Shown: positions 50,531 to 61,171, numbered from the whole stretch's first letter. The stretch: DNA of 63,984 nt, filler included, from an uncultured bacterium (GCA_964609495.1; 7 parts of 7 records of this genome joined end to end with filler, not necessarily neighbours in it), one strand, 5' to 3'. Numbers and translations are program-made. The notes: generated from the letters alone by a model not told the origin.

Positions 50531-52426
50531 GTGTCGAAAATAATGAGAAAATATCTCTTGATTTCATTGGTAGTAGTGTGTGGTTTGATCTTGGGCGTTG
50601 TGCCTGCTCTTGCTCAGAGCGAGTATAAAGAGTCTCCGATGCTCACTGAGTTAGTAGAGGCGGGGAAGCTTCCCCCCATAGAGGAGAGATTGCCTGAAAA
50701 GCCTTTCGTAGTTGGTCCAGGTGTACTAATAAAGGAAGAGGAACTTCCAGATTGGGAACCTGGGCAACTCGGTGGAACACTGAGGATGTATTTCACCGGC
50801 ACGGAAGGTGGGGGAGACTACTTCTGTATGCTGGACGAACCCCTACTGAGTGCCCCAGGGCTTACTGTAGAAGGTATAAGAGGGAATGTTCTCGAAGATT
50901 ATGAGGTTGGTGAGGATAACAAGGTCTTTACCTTCTATATGCGGAAAGGGTTGAAGTGGTCTGATGGAGAGCCTGTTACCTCTGAGGATGTTCTCTTCAC
51001 CTATGAGGATGTCCTTCTAAGTGAGAAGATCACCCCGACTTTCCCTAGCCAATATAAAGATAGAGGCGATCCCCAGGGTGAAGTTATGAAGCTGGAGGTC
51101 ATCGACGATTATACCTTCCGCATCAGCTTCAACGAGCCTTATGGAGGATTCCTCCGGATATTGACGATAGAGTCCTGGGTGGGATATACCGACATCCTGA
51201 GGCCCAAACATTACCTAGAGAAATTTCATATCAAGTATACTCCCCTTGAAGAACTAGAACCGCTAATCAAAGAGGCCGGCTTCGGAGAAGGTGAGTGGTG
51301 GAATCTATTTAACGAAAGGGACTTTACGAATTGGGAACAAACGAAGCTGGAGTGTATTGGTTTCCCAGTTCTCACTCCTTGGATAATGAGTCCCACTAGC
51401 ACAGCAGAGCTACTCGTATGGGAGAGGAATCCCTATTACTTTAAGGTAGATACGGAGGGGAGTCAACTTCCCTATACAGATAAGGTTGAGGGATATCATG
51501 TTGAGAATTTAGAGACAGCCCTGCTGAAGATATTAGCGGGAGAGATAGATTTCTCGCGTGTTGGAGACATAACCCAACTCGCTCTTTTGAAGGAGTATGA
51601 AGAGAGAGGTGGTTATAAGGTATATCTCTTGGACAAGCATACCGATTCAGCTCCCGTTCTCCTTAACTATACCTATCCGGATGAGGTATGGCGTGAGGTT
51701 GTAAGGGATGTCCGCTTCCGAGAAGCTCTAAATATGGGCATAGACCGCGGGGAGATAATGGAGACTGTCTATTATGGATTTGCCTCCCTTCCTAGATCGG
51801 TGCCTAGTGAATACGATCCAGATAAAGCTAATCAGTTGCTGGATGAGATGGGTCTGGATAAGCGTGACGCCGAAGGCTGGCGCCTGGGACCTGATGGCGA
51901 GGTGTTTGTTATTCCCTTTGAGACTATTGGGGTATGGGAAGCTGATATGATCCCGGTGACCGAGTTAGTAGTAGAGCACTGGAAAGCACTGGGGATTAAG
52001 ACCACGATGAAACAGGTAGATCCCTCGCTGTGGCTAACACGTAGGGATGCCAATCAGTTGCAGGCCGCAGTGCTTTGGGCCGCCCATGACAAAGGCTGGG
52101 AATTGGGATTCGGAGTGGATAATGAAGCCCAGCTGTGGCAGGTATGGCATAATACTGCAGGAGAAGAGGGTGAAGAGCCTCCCGACTGGATAAAGCGTCT
52201 CTTTGAATTAAACAGCTTAAAGAGGCAAGCTATTCCTAATTCAGCGGAGTGGAAAGAGATAGAGGAGGAAATGCGCTCTCTGGAGTATGACAATATCCTA
52301 TCCTTTATTGTAGCAGAGAGGGTCAAGTACCCGGTGATATTGTCGGCTGATATCGGAAATATTCAGCAAACCGGCTATGGAATTGCCGCGGACTTCGCGG
52401 CTGAGCAATTCTTCTTCAAGCCCTAA
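50531..52426 (+). CDS. ABC substrate-binding protein, family 5 (oligosaccharide/peptide type)
   Basis: Signal peptide, ESPML...GKLPPIEERLP, LKWSDGEP, RNPYYFKVD. Confidence 0.92.
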   Translation: MSKIMRKYLLISLVVVCGLILGVVPALAQSEYKESPMLTELVEAGKLPPIEERLPEKPFVVGPGVLIKEEELPDWEPGQLGGTLRMYFTGTEGGGDYFCMLDEPLLSAPGLTVEGIRGNVLEDYEVGEDNKVFTFYMRKGLKWSDGEPVTSEDVLFTYEDVLLSEKITPTFPSQYKDRGDPQGEVMKLEVIDDYTFRISFNEPYGGFLRILTIESWVGYTDILRPKHYLEKFHIKYTPLEELEPLIKEAGFGEGEWWNLFNERDFTNWEQTKLECIGFPVLTPWIMSPTSTAELLVWERNPYYFKVDTEGSQLPYTDKVEGYHVENLETALLKILAGEIDFSRVGDITQLALLKEYEERGGYKVYLLDKHTDSAPVLLNYTYPDEVWREVVRDVRFREALNMGIDRGEIMETVYYGFASLPRSVPSEYDPDKANQLLDEMGLDKRDAEGWRLGPDGEVFVIPFETIGVWEADMIPVTELVVEHWKALGIKTTMKQVDPSLWLTRRDANQLQAAVLWAAHDKGWELGFGVDNEAQLWQVWHNTAGEEGEEPPDWIKRLFELNSLKRQAIPNSAEWKEIEEEMRSLEYDNILSFIVAERVKYPVILSADIGNIQQTGYGIAADFAAEQFFFKP

Positions 52427-52456
52427 GCGGAAATCTGCTATCGAGAAGAGTCCCAA

Positions 52457-52493
52457 CTTCAGTTGCCGGGGTCTTTTGCCTCGGCAACTGAAG
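52457..52493 (+). other. intercistronic stem-loop after binding-protein gene
   Basis: CTTCAGTTGCCGGGG-TCTTTTG-CCTCGGCAACTGAAG. Confidence 0.7.
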
Positions 52494-52534
52494 ATTATGT
52501 CTTATTATTTCGGAATTGGAAAGGTAGTATATAA

Positions 52535-53533
52535 ATGGTAGAATATATAATCCGCCGGGTTATAGTTCTCATCCCTTTGTTGTTCATTATCTCTATAATA
52601 GCCTTTATTCTCATTCAACTCCCGCCAGGGGATTTTTTGACTCTGTATATAATGCAACTAAAGGTTTCCGGTATTGATATTGAAGAATATGAGATCGTTC
52701 AATTAAGGAAGTTATACGCCCTGGATAAACCGATATATGTCCAGTATTTTAAATGGATAGGGAATATACTATTGCACGGTGATTTTGGGAGGTCTTTCCG
52801 GTGGCGTAAACCAGTAAGTGAAATTATCGGTGAGCGAATAGTATTAACTATGATCGTCTCTATTTTCACAATAATTTTCACCTGGATAATGGCAGTCCCC
52901 ATCGGAATTTACTCGGCTACTCACCAGTATTCTTCTTTTGACTATTTTTTCACTTTTTGGGGTTTCATCGGTCTTGCCACCCCTAACTTTCTCTTAGCCC
53001 TTGTGATCCTGTGGATAGCCTTTGCTTATCTTGGCGTCAACGCAATCGGTCTTTTCTCACCTGAGTTTATAAATGCTAGTTGGAGTTTGGCGAAGGTAGT
53101 GAATATGCTCAAGCATATCTGGGTTCCTATATTAATTATCGGGACTGCCGGGACTGCGGGGCTCATCCGGGTTATGCGAGGCACGCTCCTAGATGAACTA
53201 AGGAAGCAATATGTTATAACCGCCCGTTCCAAGGGGCTTCCGGAGAGAAGACTCTTATTTAAATATCCAGTGCGGGTAGCTATTAATCCTTTAATAAGTA
53301 CCATTGGCTGGATGCTACCAGCTATTATTTCTGGAGAAACCTTAGTTTCAATTGTTCTGAATATACCTACTAGCGGACCGCTCCTTCTGGGAGCGCTAAT
53401 GTCTCAGGATATGTATCTTGCGGGAAGTTTTGTGCTTATATTGAGCCTTTTGACCGTGATTGGAACATTGATCTCTGATATCTTATTAGCCTGGTTAGAT
53501 CCTCGCATTCGATATGAGGGAGTGGAGAGATAG
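52535..53533 (+). CDS. ABC permease (OppB/DppB-like)
   Basis: GDFGRSF, YVITARSKG, LDPRIR. Confidence 0.93.
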   Translation: MVEYIIRRVIVLIPLLFIISIIAFILIQLPPGDFLTLYIMQLKVSGIDIEEYEIVQLRKLYALDKPIYVQYFKWIGNILLHGDFGRSFRWRKPVSEIIGERIVLTMIVSIFTIIFTWIMAVPIGIYSATHQYSSFDYFFTFWGFIGLATPNFLLALVILWIAFAYLGVNAIGLFSPEFINASWSLAKVVNMLKHIWVPILIIGTAGTAGLIRVMRGTLLDELRKQYVITARSKGLPERRLLFKYPVRVAINPLISTIGWMLPAIISGETLVSIVLNIPTSGPLLLGALMSQDMYLAGSFVLILSLLTVIGTLISDILLAWLDPRIRYEGVER

Positions 53534-54669
53534 TGAAGCTCATTAATCTACTCAATCGTAAAGGCACAAAAGCGTCAAAAATAGGTGAGGAAGAAAGGTA
53601 TTACTTTGCTTCCCAGTGGCAGTTGATATGGTGGAAATTTAGAAAGCATAAGCTTGCTATGATGTCCCTCTATGTGCTGGGAATTCTTTATATTCTGGCG
53701 ATATTCTGCGATTTCGTTAGTCCTTATCTCTCCCTGACGCGCTTTCAAAAATATGTGAATGCTCCACCTCAGCGAATGCGTATTTACAGTAAAGACGAGG
53801 GATTACGATGGCCATTTGTCTATGGTCTGAAAAAAGAGACGGATCCTAAAACCTTTCGCCGCAGATTTATAATAGATGAGACCAAGAAATACCCCATTCG
53901 TTTCTTTGTAAGGAGGGAGAGTTATAAATTCTGGGGTTTGTTTCCAACCGATATTCATCTTTTCGGGACAGAAGATGGCTATGTTTTTCTCTTTGGGACA
54001 GATACTTTGGGCAGGGATCTATTTTCTCGGACCATCTATGGATCTCGTATCTCACTATCCATAGGGCTGGTGGGCGTTTTTTTTGGCTTTGTCCTTGGAT
54101 TGACGATCGGAGGTATTTCGGGCTACTTTGGGGGAACTGCTGACAACGTTATCCAGCGGACAATCGATCTTCTTGTGTCGATACCGTCCATTCCACTTTG
54201 GATGGCACTAGCAGCCGCTCTGCCACGAGATTGGCCAATAATCAAAACTTATTTTACCATCACTATAATTCTCTCCATTATTGGTTGGGGAGGTTTGGCG
54301 CGGGTGGTTCGGGGAAAGCTGTTGTCACTGCGGGAAGAGGACTATGCTATGGCAGCCAGAGCGGCAGGTGCTAGTGAGTGGCGGATAATAACGAAGCACC
54401 TCCTTCCTTCTTTTGCCAGCTATATCATAGTATCTATAACTCTGTCCATACCTAATATGATTTTAGGTGAGACCGCCTTGAGTTTCCTAGGATTGGGGAT
54501 GCAACCCCCCGCGGTCAGTTGGGGCGTGTTATTAAGGGGAGCGCAGAATGTAGTTGCTATAGCCCATCATCCCTGGATGCTCATACCTTGCATTTTCGTT
54601 ATCGTAGCTGTTTTAATGTTTAATTTCCTGGGGGATGGTCTGCGTGATGCGGCCGATCCTTATAGATAA
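53533..54669 (+). CDS. ABC permease (OppC/DppC-like)
   Basis: FGTDTLGRD, AARAAGAS, SFLGLG, GDGLRDAADP. Confidence 0.93.
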   Translation: MKLINLLNRKGTKASKIGEEERYYFASQWQLIWWKFRKHKLAMMSLYVLGILYILAIFCDFVSPYLSLTRFQKYVNAPPQRMRIYSKDEGLRWPFVYGLKKETDPKTFRRRFIIDETKKYPIRFFVRRESYKFWGLFPTDIHLFGTEDGYVFLFGTDTLGRDLFSRTIYGSRISLSIGLVGVFFGFVLGLTIGGISGYFGGTADNVIQRTIDLLVSIPSIPLWMALAAALPRDWPIIKTYFTITIILSIIGWGGLARVVRGKLLSLREEDYAMAARAAGASEWRIITKHLLPSFASYIIVSITLSIPNMILGETALSFLGLGMQPPAVSWGVLLRGAQNVVAIAHHPWMLIPCIFVIVAVLMFNFLGDGLRDAADPYR

Positions 54670-54724
54670 GGTAAACCCTTCAGTGGGGCAAAAAGATTTT
54701 TGGGATCCTTGAGATGTTAATTTT

Positions 54725-54936
54725 AAGGCGTCGAGGGCTGAAAATTTTCAACCCTCGACTTGACAGGAAGGCGAATCCTACAGGATGGGGTAAGATAATA
54801 AAAGAATTCAATGTTCATCGATCAGAGAAATCTGATTAAGGGCTTATCGGGGGCTGAGTGCCCCTTTCAGCCCCCGACTCGCCGAAAGGTGGACGTAGGG
54901 TAAGCGAAAAAATACAAATTGCAATTTATGTTTCTT
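54725..54936 (-). ncRNA. candidate small RNA with two homologous hairpin modules
   Basis: Lies downstream of a minus-strand promoter with no credible CDS; two CTTACCC...AGTCG(G/A)GGG(C/T)TGAAA...TCAGCCC(C/T)CGA modules. Confidence 0.35.
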
Positions 54937-54942
54937 GACTTG

Positions 54943-54971
54943 ATTATATCACAAAATAGATCAAAAGTCAA
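54943..54971 (-). promoter_or_regulatory. sigma70 promoter pointing into non-coding DNA
   Basis: TTGACT-N17-TATAAT with TG. Confidence 0.7.
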
Positions 54972-55142
54972 GTGTTAATATAAATCACGATGCATATAAA
55001 ATTAGGGACTCGGAAAACATTGGATATCACTCCCAACTCCTCNNNNNNNNNNNNNNNNNNNNNNNNNNNNNNNNNNNNNNNNNNNNTTAATTAATTAANN
55101 NNNNNNNNNNNNNNNNNNNNNNNNNNNNNNNNNNNNNNNNNN

Positions 55143-55735
55143 TGCCATTGGGGATAAGCTCTCTGGTGAATGTAGCTTCCGCAGGGGGGATGAGCGATCT
55201 TAAGGTGATGGCTACTATGACTCACGGAGATTATTTCCTCTCCATGGATTTTTGGGTAGGAGACCCCACTTGGAATATAGATATCTATATATATACCTTC
55301 ATAGTTATATACACTTTCATCGCCCTTTATTCCTATTTCAAATCCGAACGAAACTTTATTGAGCTCAGTCGCTACTCCCTCATAATCCTGCTTATCTACC
55401 TTGCTATCAGCTACTTCCATCCCCATTATCTAATCTGGATCACGCCTTTCCTCGCCCTAGAGATAGCCCAAGATAGAGAATTTACCACCTTGCACATAGC
55501 TCAATTAATCGGCTTCTTGGTCTATACCTTCTATCTAGGAAGTTCCAACTGGCACCTCTTCTCTCCCCTGGATCCGGAGTTCTTCTATAATCTTCCTAAT
55601 CCCGAGGCGGCGGTCTCCCTCTTCTATCCCTGGACGAAGTTCTTGAGTATCTTCCGAAGTTTCTTCTCAGGAGTCTGCCTATGGATGGCTTATATGGTAT
55701 ATATTAAGCTGTCTCATAAGCCGAAAGAGGTTTAA
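55143..55735 (+). CDS. polytopic membrane protein, GT-C glycosyltransferase-like, 5'-truncated
   Basis: Hydrophobic segments and FHPHYLIWITPF motif. Confidence 0.6.
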
Positions 55736-55738
55736 GCG

Positions 55739-56419
55739 ATGACAAAAAGAGTATCCATAATTCTTATTCTACTGATGATAATATCCCTGTCTAGCTGTTC
55801 GAGATTGAAGAGACATCCTGCTATTTCTAAGATCTTTTCCCTTCACGATATAACACAAGGAGAGAAGGATGATTTCATCAAGATCTATGGAAAGAATATC
55901 AGTGGACAGACTTTTACCTCTGAACACCCGAAGCTGAGCAGAATTCATATCTGGCTAAAAAGGGCTGGCGAAGAGAATAAAGAGGACTTAATATTTCATC
56001 TCAAGGATAGCCCAACTGATGAGGAAGATATAATAATCATAAAGATGAAAATCGCTGATATAACGAGCGATGAATACTACGAGTTTGTCATTCCTCCTCA
56101 ACTAGCTTCTAAGGGTAAATCATATTACTTCTATTTGGAAGCGCCAGATTCCACCTCGGAGAATGCTCCCTTAGTCGCATACACCTCGACTGACTCCTAT
56201 CCGCAAGGAAATAGACATTTGAATGAAGAGGTAACAAAGGGAGACTTAACCTTTAAAACTTACTACTATGGAAGCATAGGAGGAGTGAGCAAAAGATTCC
56301 TCTCCCATTTCGCTAAGGACGAACCGTTTATGATATTCTATATCTTATTGATGATCTCTTCGATCATCGCTCTAATAGTGATTATAACAAAGGAGAAGAG
56401 ATTATCGCAAAATTCTTGA
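55739..56419 (+). CDS. membrane/lipoprotein with GQTF beta-sandwich domain
   Basis: Lipobox-like LSSC, GQTF...YYFYLE...DLTFKTY, C-terminal TM. Confidence 0.65.
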   Translation: MTKRVSIILILLMIISLSSCSRLKRHPAISKIFSLHDITQGEKDDFIKIYGKNISGQTFTSEHPKLSRIHIWLKRAGEENKEDLIFHLKDSPTDEEDIIIIKMKIADITSDEYYEFVIPPQLASKGKSYYFYLEAPDSTSENAPLVAYTSTDSYPQGNRHLNEEVTKGDLTFKTYYYGSIGGVSKRFLSHFAKDEPFMIFYILLMISSIIALIVIITKEKRLSQNS

Positions 56420-57966
56420 ATATTATGAGAGCGAAGATAATCATAATCAGCCTAATATTGTTTCTCACCTATACCAGTTATACATATTCAGCCTCCCTTC
56501 CAAACTATGGAGGCTCTTTGAGAATCGGACTCAAGGACGAGCCACTCGTCCTAGATCCAGCCTTTGCCTCCCCATCTACCGGTCAAATCCTGTTCAATAT
56601 CTTCGACGGCTTAGTCCAACGAGATAGGAGTAACAGGATAGTCCCTGCTTTAGCGGACAGATGGGAGGTATCCGAAGATCGACTCGTTTGGACTTTTGCT
56701 CTAAGGAAGGGAGTAAAATTCCATAATGGAAGAGAGTTAGAGGCTTCCGATGTCCAGTATTCCTTCGAAAGAACGTTAAGTCCCCAGATAGGCTCATCTT
56801 ATTCCTGGAGACTATCGATGATCAAGTCTGCTAAAGCCTTCTTAAAAGGAGAAGAGAGGGAGGTCAAAGGCATAGAGATCCTCGATCGTTATAGGGTTAA
56901 GATAACTTTGGACTCTCCCTATGCATTCTTCTTGGATAACCTAGCCACTCCCGCGGGATATATCATCCCCCGGGAGGAGGTCAAGAGATTGGCCTATTAT
57001 CCTATAGGAACAGGACCCTTCAAATTCGCGAAATGGCAAAGAGGCGAGGAAATATCTCTTATAGCTAATGAGGATTATTACGAAGGGCGAGCTTATCTGG
57101 ACGAAATAAGATTCGAGATCGAACCAGATCTTGCCGATAGCCTTTTGGAATTCGAGTTAGGAAATCTCGATCTGATGGATATACCTCCAAGCGAATATCA
57201 AAGGATAGTTGACGATTTAGGGAATCGAGCGAAGCTTTGGCATCGGCCTCTATCGTTGCTTGTTTACCTAGGCGTAAATTGTCAAAGTTATCCTCTGCAT
57301 GAGCTCAATGTCAGAAAAGCCTTGGGATATGCGATAGATATAAGGAGCATCGTGGAGATATTGCTGACCAATCGGGCTATACTTGCCACTAATATCTGGC
57401 TTCCAGATACGAAGCATCCCCTAGCTTTTAATCCGATCGAGGGAAGAGAACTGCTGAAAGCCGCAGGTTTCGAAGAAGGGATCTCTCGTCCTCTAAAGTT
57501 ATGGCTCCCTAAGGGACTAGAGACAGCAGGGATGATCGCAGAGCGATTATCCGTAAACTTGGCTGATATAGGTGTTGAGGTGGAGGTTATAACCTCTCAA
57601 GACATCTCTACCCTATCTCCTCGGGATTCGGAGGAATATGACCTAATCTTATCCGTAAGTGAGATCGATTCCCTGGATAGCTTGTTCTATCCCTCTTTTC
57701 ATTCCGATTGCAAAGATTGTAAGGGGAATTATTACTTCTGCGCTCGACGAGCCCTGGATGATCTCATATCCAACGCTAGACAAACCGCTGATCCCAAGGA
57801 GAGGGAGAAGCTATATAAAGATGTTAGTTCAGCAGTAAGGGAGGGCGTCTATTGGATACCGCTATACTATCCTGAACGAGATATAATAGCTCAAAGTTAT
57901 ATCAAGCAACTAAGAGCTAGTTATTGGGGGTATCTTGAGCTGAAAAACGTGTGGCTTAAGAAATAA
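56416..57966 (+). CDS. ABC peptide-binding protein (OppA/DppA-like)
   Basis: LDPA, IFDGLV, LRKGVKFHNG, PIGTGPF. Confidence 0.92.
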   Translation: MNIMRAKIIIISLILFLTYTSYTYSASLPNYGGSLRIGLKDEPLVLDPAFASPSTGQILFNIFDGLVQRDRSNRIVPALADRWEVSEDRLVWTFALRKGVKFHNGRELEASDVQYSFERTLSPQIGSSYSWRLSMIKSAKAFLKGEEREVKGIEILDRYRVKITLDSPYAFFLDNLATPAGYIIPREEVKRLAYYPIGTGPFKFAKWQRGEEISLIANEDYYEGRAYLDEIRFEIEPDLADSLLEFELGNLDLMDIPPSEYQRIVDDLGNRAKLWHRPLSLLVYLGVNCQSYPLHELNVRKALGYAIDIRSIVEILLTNRAILATNIWLPDTKHPLAFNPIEGRELLKAAGFEEGISRPLKLWLPKGLETAGMIAERLSVNLADIGVEVEVITSQDISTLSPRDSEEYDLILSVSEIDSLDSLFYPSFHSDCKDCKGNYYFCARRALDDLISNARQTADPKEREKLYKDVSSAVREGVYWIPLYYPERDIIAQSYIKQLRASYWGYLELKNVWLKK

Positions 57967-57992
57967 AGGTTTCATTTTAAGGAAATTCAAGT

Positions 57993-58772
57993 ATGGAAAG
58001 AAATTGGGTGACTAAAAGACGGTATTCACCCCAATATTATTGGGAATATGAATACCGCTTGCTGAACTCCTATATAATCCCTATAATGGAGAGATGGGGG
58101 ATGAACTTCGAGGGAAAGCATCTGATAGACATAGGATGCGGATTAGGAGGGAGTACTATAGCTTTTGCGGAGAGGGGAGCTTCCTGCTCGGGAATAGATA
58201 TCGATCCTCGAAGAGTGAGGGATGCGACGAAGATAGCTCAAGAAAAGGGATGGGGAGATATCAAATTTTCAGTTAAGGATATATGCGAGGATTTCAGCGG
58301 TCAGAAGTTCGATATTGTCATCCTACGGGATGTATTAGAGCATACTGCCGATAGGGTGAAGACTCTCGGAAACATATCTCATCTGATGGAGAAAGATGCA
58401 CTTCTCTTCATCTCCTTTCCCCCCTATTATTCTCCCTACGGAGGGCATCAGCATCATCCCCGATCGATCACCAAATTTCTTCCTTATATCCATCTCATCC
58501 TCCCTAGATCTATCTTTATGCGCATACTGCCTCAGGAGGAGGAATACCTAGAGGAGATAGAGGGGCTTAACAGGATAACTATCTCCTCCCTCGAGAGGGA
58601 GATAAACATAGCAGGCTTCGAGATAGTAGTCAAGGAGTTTTATCTACTTAGACCCTCCTTTAAATTTCGCTATAATCTGCCTATAGTGAAGTTGCCCTCC
58701 CCAATAGGAAAGCTCCCAGGCTTAAGGGAGCTTATCACCACCGCCGCTTTCTATCTTCTAAGAAGGATATGA
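57993..58772 (+). CDS. class I SAM-dependent methyltransferase
   Basis: IDIGCGLGG, GIDID, DVLEH, PPYYSPYGGHQ. Confidence 0.9.
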   Translation: MERNWVTKRRYSPQYYWEYEYRLLNSYIIPIMERWGMNFEGKHLIDIGCGLGGSTIAFAERGASCSGIDIDPRRVRDATKIAQEKGWGDIKFSVKDICEDFSGQKFDIVILRDVLEHTADRVKTLGNISHLMEKDALLFISFPPYYSPYGGHQHHPRSITKFLPYIHLILPRSIFMRILPQEEEYLEEIEGLNRITISSLEREINIAGFEIVVKEFYLLRPSFKFRYNLPIVKLPSPIGKLPGLRELITTAAFYLLRRI

Positions 58773-58778
58773 GGCTAT

Positions 58779-59339
58779 CTAACCGTTAAACCTATTCATC
58801 GCCTCCGTTATCCCTTCGGTTAAGTATATCCTGAGAGCCTCAGTAGCCCTCTCTATCATCTCCTCCGCGACTTTCTCATCTTCGGGATCGAATTCGCTTA
58901 AGACATAATCCATCATATCGCCGAGCAGATCGATCGTCCCTATCCCCAGCTTCAAACGAGCAAAATCCTCCGTGTCCAGATGATAGATGATCGATTTTAT
59001 CCCGTTATGCCCCCCTGCGCTTCCCTCTCTTCTAAAGCGCAATCTTCCTAAATCCAAGTTGACATCGTCATAGACGATTATCAGATCGGGAATTTCGAGT
59101 TGATAATAATTGAGCAAGCCACTAAGAGCCTCTCCGCTCAAGTTCATATAGGTCTGAGGTTTAGCCAAGATGACTTTCTTACCCTCGATCCGACCACTTC
59201 CTAAAAGAGAGCGACATCTCCTCCTGTTGACCGAGATACGATGCTTATCAGCCAAGCTATCGATAACCTTAAAGCCCATATTATGTCTGGTGTTCTCGTA
59301 TTTCGGACCGGGATTTCCTAATCCTACGATGAGATTCAT
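58779..59339 (-). CDS. pth: peptidyl-tRNA hydrolase
   Basis: GLGNPG, TRHNMG, KPQTYMNLSG, GGHNG. Confidence 0.97.
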   Translation of the reverse strand: MNLIVGLGNPGPKYENTRHNMGFKVIDSLADKHRISVNRRRCRSLLGSGRIEGKKVILAKPQTYMNLSGEALSGLLNYYQLEIPDLIIVYDDVNLDLGRLRFRREGSAGGHNGIKSIIYHLDTEDFARLKLGIGTIDLLGDMMDYVLSEFDPEDEKVAEEMIERATEALRIYLTEGITEAMNRFNG

Positions 59340-59346
59340 CCTACCG

Positions 59347-60003
59347 CTAATAACTCTCCTCCTCTTCTTCCTCTTCCCCTACTAATTCTGCTTCTAACTC
59401 CTCGACTTCTTCTACCTCCTTTACCTCCTCAACAGTCGGCGAGACTATAGTTACTATAACCTGATCGGGATCCGCCTTAAATTCGACCTCGTCTCCAACT
59501 TCGATATCCCTTACGTGGATATTATCCCCGATATCGAGACCGGTTACCTCGACCTCTATCGCCTCGGGTACTTGAGTGGGTAGGCATTCGATCTCCATCT
59601 CATGCAAGACCTGATCTAATATTCCTCCCTTGGTCACTCCCTGGGCTCCCCCCACCAAAACAATAGGCACTCGAAAGGTTATCTTCTCATCCAACGTTAC
59701 CTGGTTCAGATCAGCATGCAATATTTCTCTGGTTACAGGATGCCACTGAGTTTCCCTGATTATAGCCACTTTACTATCGGTTCCCCCATCGCTCTTTATA
59801 ACTAGATCGAGAAGAACATTCTCTCCGTGTGTCGAAAGAAGATGTTCGAAATCTCTGGAATTTAGCGTCAAAGGGATGGATTTCTCTAAATTTCCCCCAT
59901 AGAGTATGGCGGGAATTAAACCTCTTTTACGTAGTTTCTTCGCCGATTCTTTACCAATCCCATATCTAATATCGGCTTCTAGTTCATATCTCTTCCTTTC
60001 CAT
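59347..60003 (-). CDS. rplY: 50S ribosomal protein L25/Ctc
   Basis: IPAILYG, QWHPV..HADL, C-terminal Ctc domain. Confidence 0.95.
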   Translation of the reverse strand: MERKRYELEADIRYGIGKESAKKLRKRGLIPAILYGGNLEKSIPLTLNSRDFEHLLSTHGENVLLDLVIKSDGGTDSKVAIIRETQWHPVTREILHADLNQVTLDEKITFRVPIVLVGGAQGVTKGGILDQVLHEMEIECLPTQVPEAIEVEVTGLDIGDNIHVRDIEVGDEVEFKADPDQVIVTIVSPTVEEVKEVEEVEELEAELVGEEEEEEESY

Positions 60004-60063
60004 ATCAATAGTTCACCTCATTTTGCTTAATTTCCTTCTCCAATTGTCATTTAAGAACGACCT

Positions 60064-61065
60064 CTATCCTAAATAGGCATAGGGACCCACTACTGTATCC
60101 GCCCTGATCTCTCTATCTACGATGGTAGAAGAGCGAATAATCGCCCTATCCCCGATCTTTGCGGCTATAAGATGAGCTGAAGGACCTATTATACAATCCT
60201 CTCCGATCACAGTCCCTCTCTCTATGATCGTAGAAGGATATATGATAGTATCCTGCCCTATGATAACTCCCCCATCGATATAGGTGCTTTCAGGATCTAC
60301 AATAGATACCCCTCCTAACATCAGCTCATCCAATATCCTCCTCTGCAAGATCTTTCTAGCCTCAGCCAGTTGAATGCGGGTATTAATCCCCATAGTTTCC
60401 TTTCCATCCTCAGCCTGAATTGCTTCCACGGGGAGGTTCTCTTTGGTGAAGACCTCGATCACATCGGTCAAGTAATACTCTCCCTGCTCGTTGTCGGGAG
60501 ATATCTGCTTCAAGGCTTGGAATAATTCCTCGGATTTAAAACAGTAGATGCTTACATTCACCTCCAGAATCCCCTTCTCGGCTAAAGAAGCCTCCTTCTC
60601 CTCGACGATGCGTCGCACTGAGCCATCGAAGTTACGAACTATCCTACCGTATCCAGTAGGGTCACTCATCTTCGCGGTGAGCAAAGTCGCAACAGCGTTC
60701 TTTCCCCGATGTCTTTTGATAAGCATCCGCAAGGTCTCAGAGGTTAGAAGGGGGGTATCGCCTGGAAGGATCAAGGCATCACCCTCAAAATCTCCGAGAA
60801 CCTTCTCAGCTTGAAGGGCCGCATGACCAGTTCCCAACTGCTCCCTCTGTTCGACGTACTCCAGCTCATCTCCGAATTGTCTCCTAATTTTATCCCCCTG
60901 TCGACCTATTATAACTACCTTCCTATCCACTTCCAATTTATTTACTTGCTCAATTATATATTCTCCTATTGACCTGCCGCATATCTTATGAAGGACCTTC
61001 GGTATCTTTGATTTCATCCTCTTTCCTAAGCCTGCCGCCAGAATCACAGCCGCTAACTTTCTCAT
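60064..61065 (-). CDS. glmU: GlmU-like uridylyltransferase with truncated beta-helix (333 aa)
   Basis: LAAGLGKRMKS..PKVLH, QLGTGHA, GYGRIVR, EYYLTD; ends VGPYAYLG. Confidence 0.85.
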   Translation of the reverse strand: MRKLAAVILAAGLGKRMKSKIPKVLHKICGRSIGEYIIEQVNKLEVDRKVVIIGRQGDKIRRQFGDELEYVEQREQLGTGHAALQAEKVLGDFEGDALILPGDTPLLTSETLRMLIKRHRGKNAVATLLTAKMSDPTGYGRIVRNFDGSVRRIVEEKEASLAEKGILEVNVSIYCFKSEELFQALKQISPDNEQGEYYLTDVIEVFTKENLPVEAIQAEDGKETMGINTRIQLAEARKILQRRILDELMLGGVSIVDPESTYIDGGVIIGQDTIIYPSTIIERGTVIGEDCIIGPSAHLIAAKIGDRAIIRSSTIVDREIRADTVVGPYAYLG

Positions 61066-61171
61066 AACCTTATCCCTTCCCTTGACTACCTAATGATGTT
61101 TGACAAATTAAACGGGATATAAAATCACAGCATAAGTATCACAGACACACTTGCATCAAGCGATTTTGTAT

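Noticed and set aside
54876..54905. CGCCGAAAGGTGGACG resembling part of a c-di-GMP-I riboswitch
   Set aside because: Lacks the GGCAAAC and GCAAAGC elements and the second stem, and there is no downstream gene on that strand before the gap.
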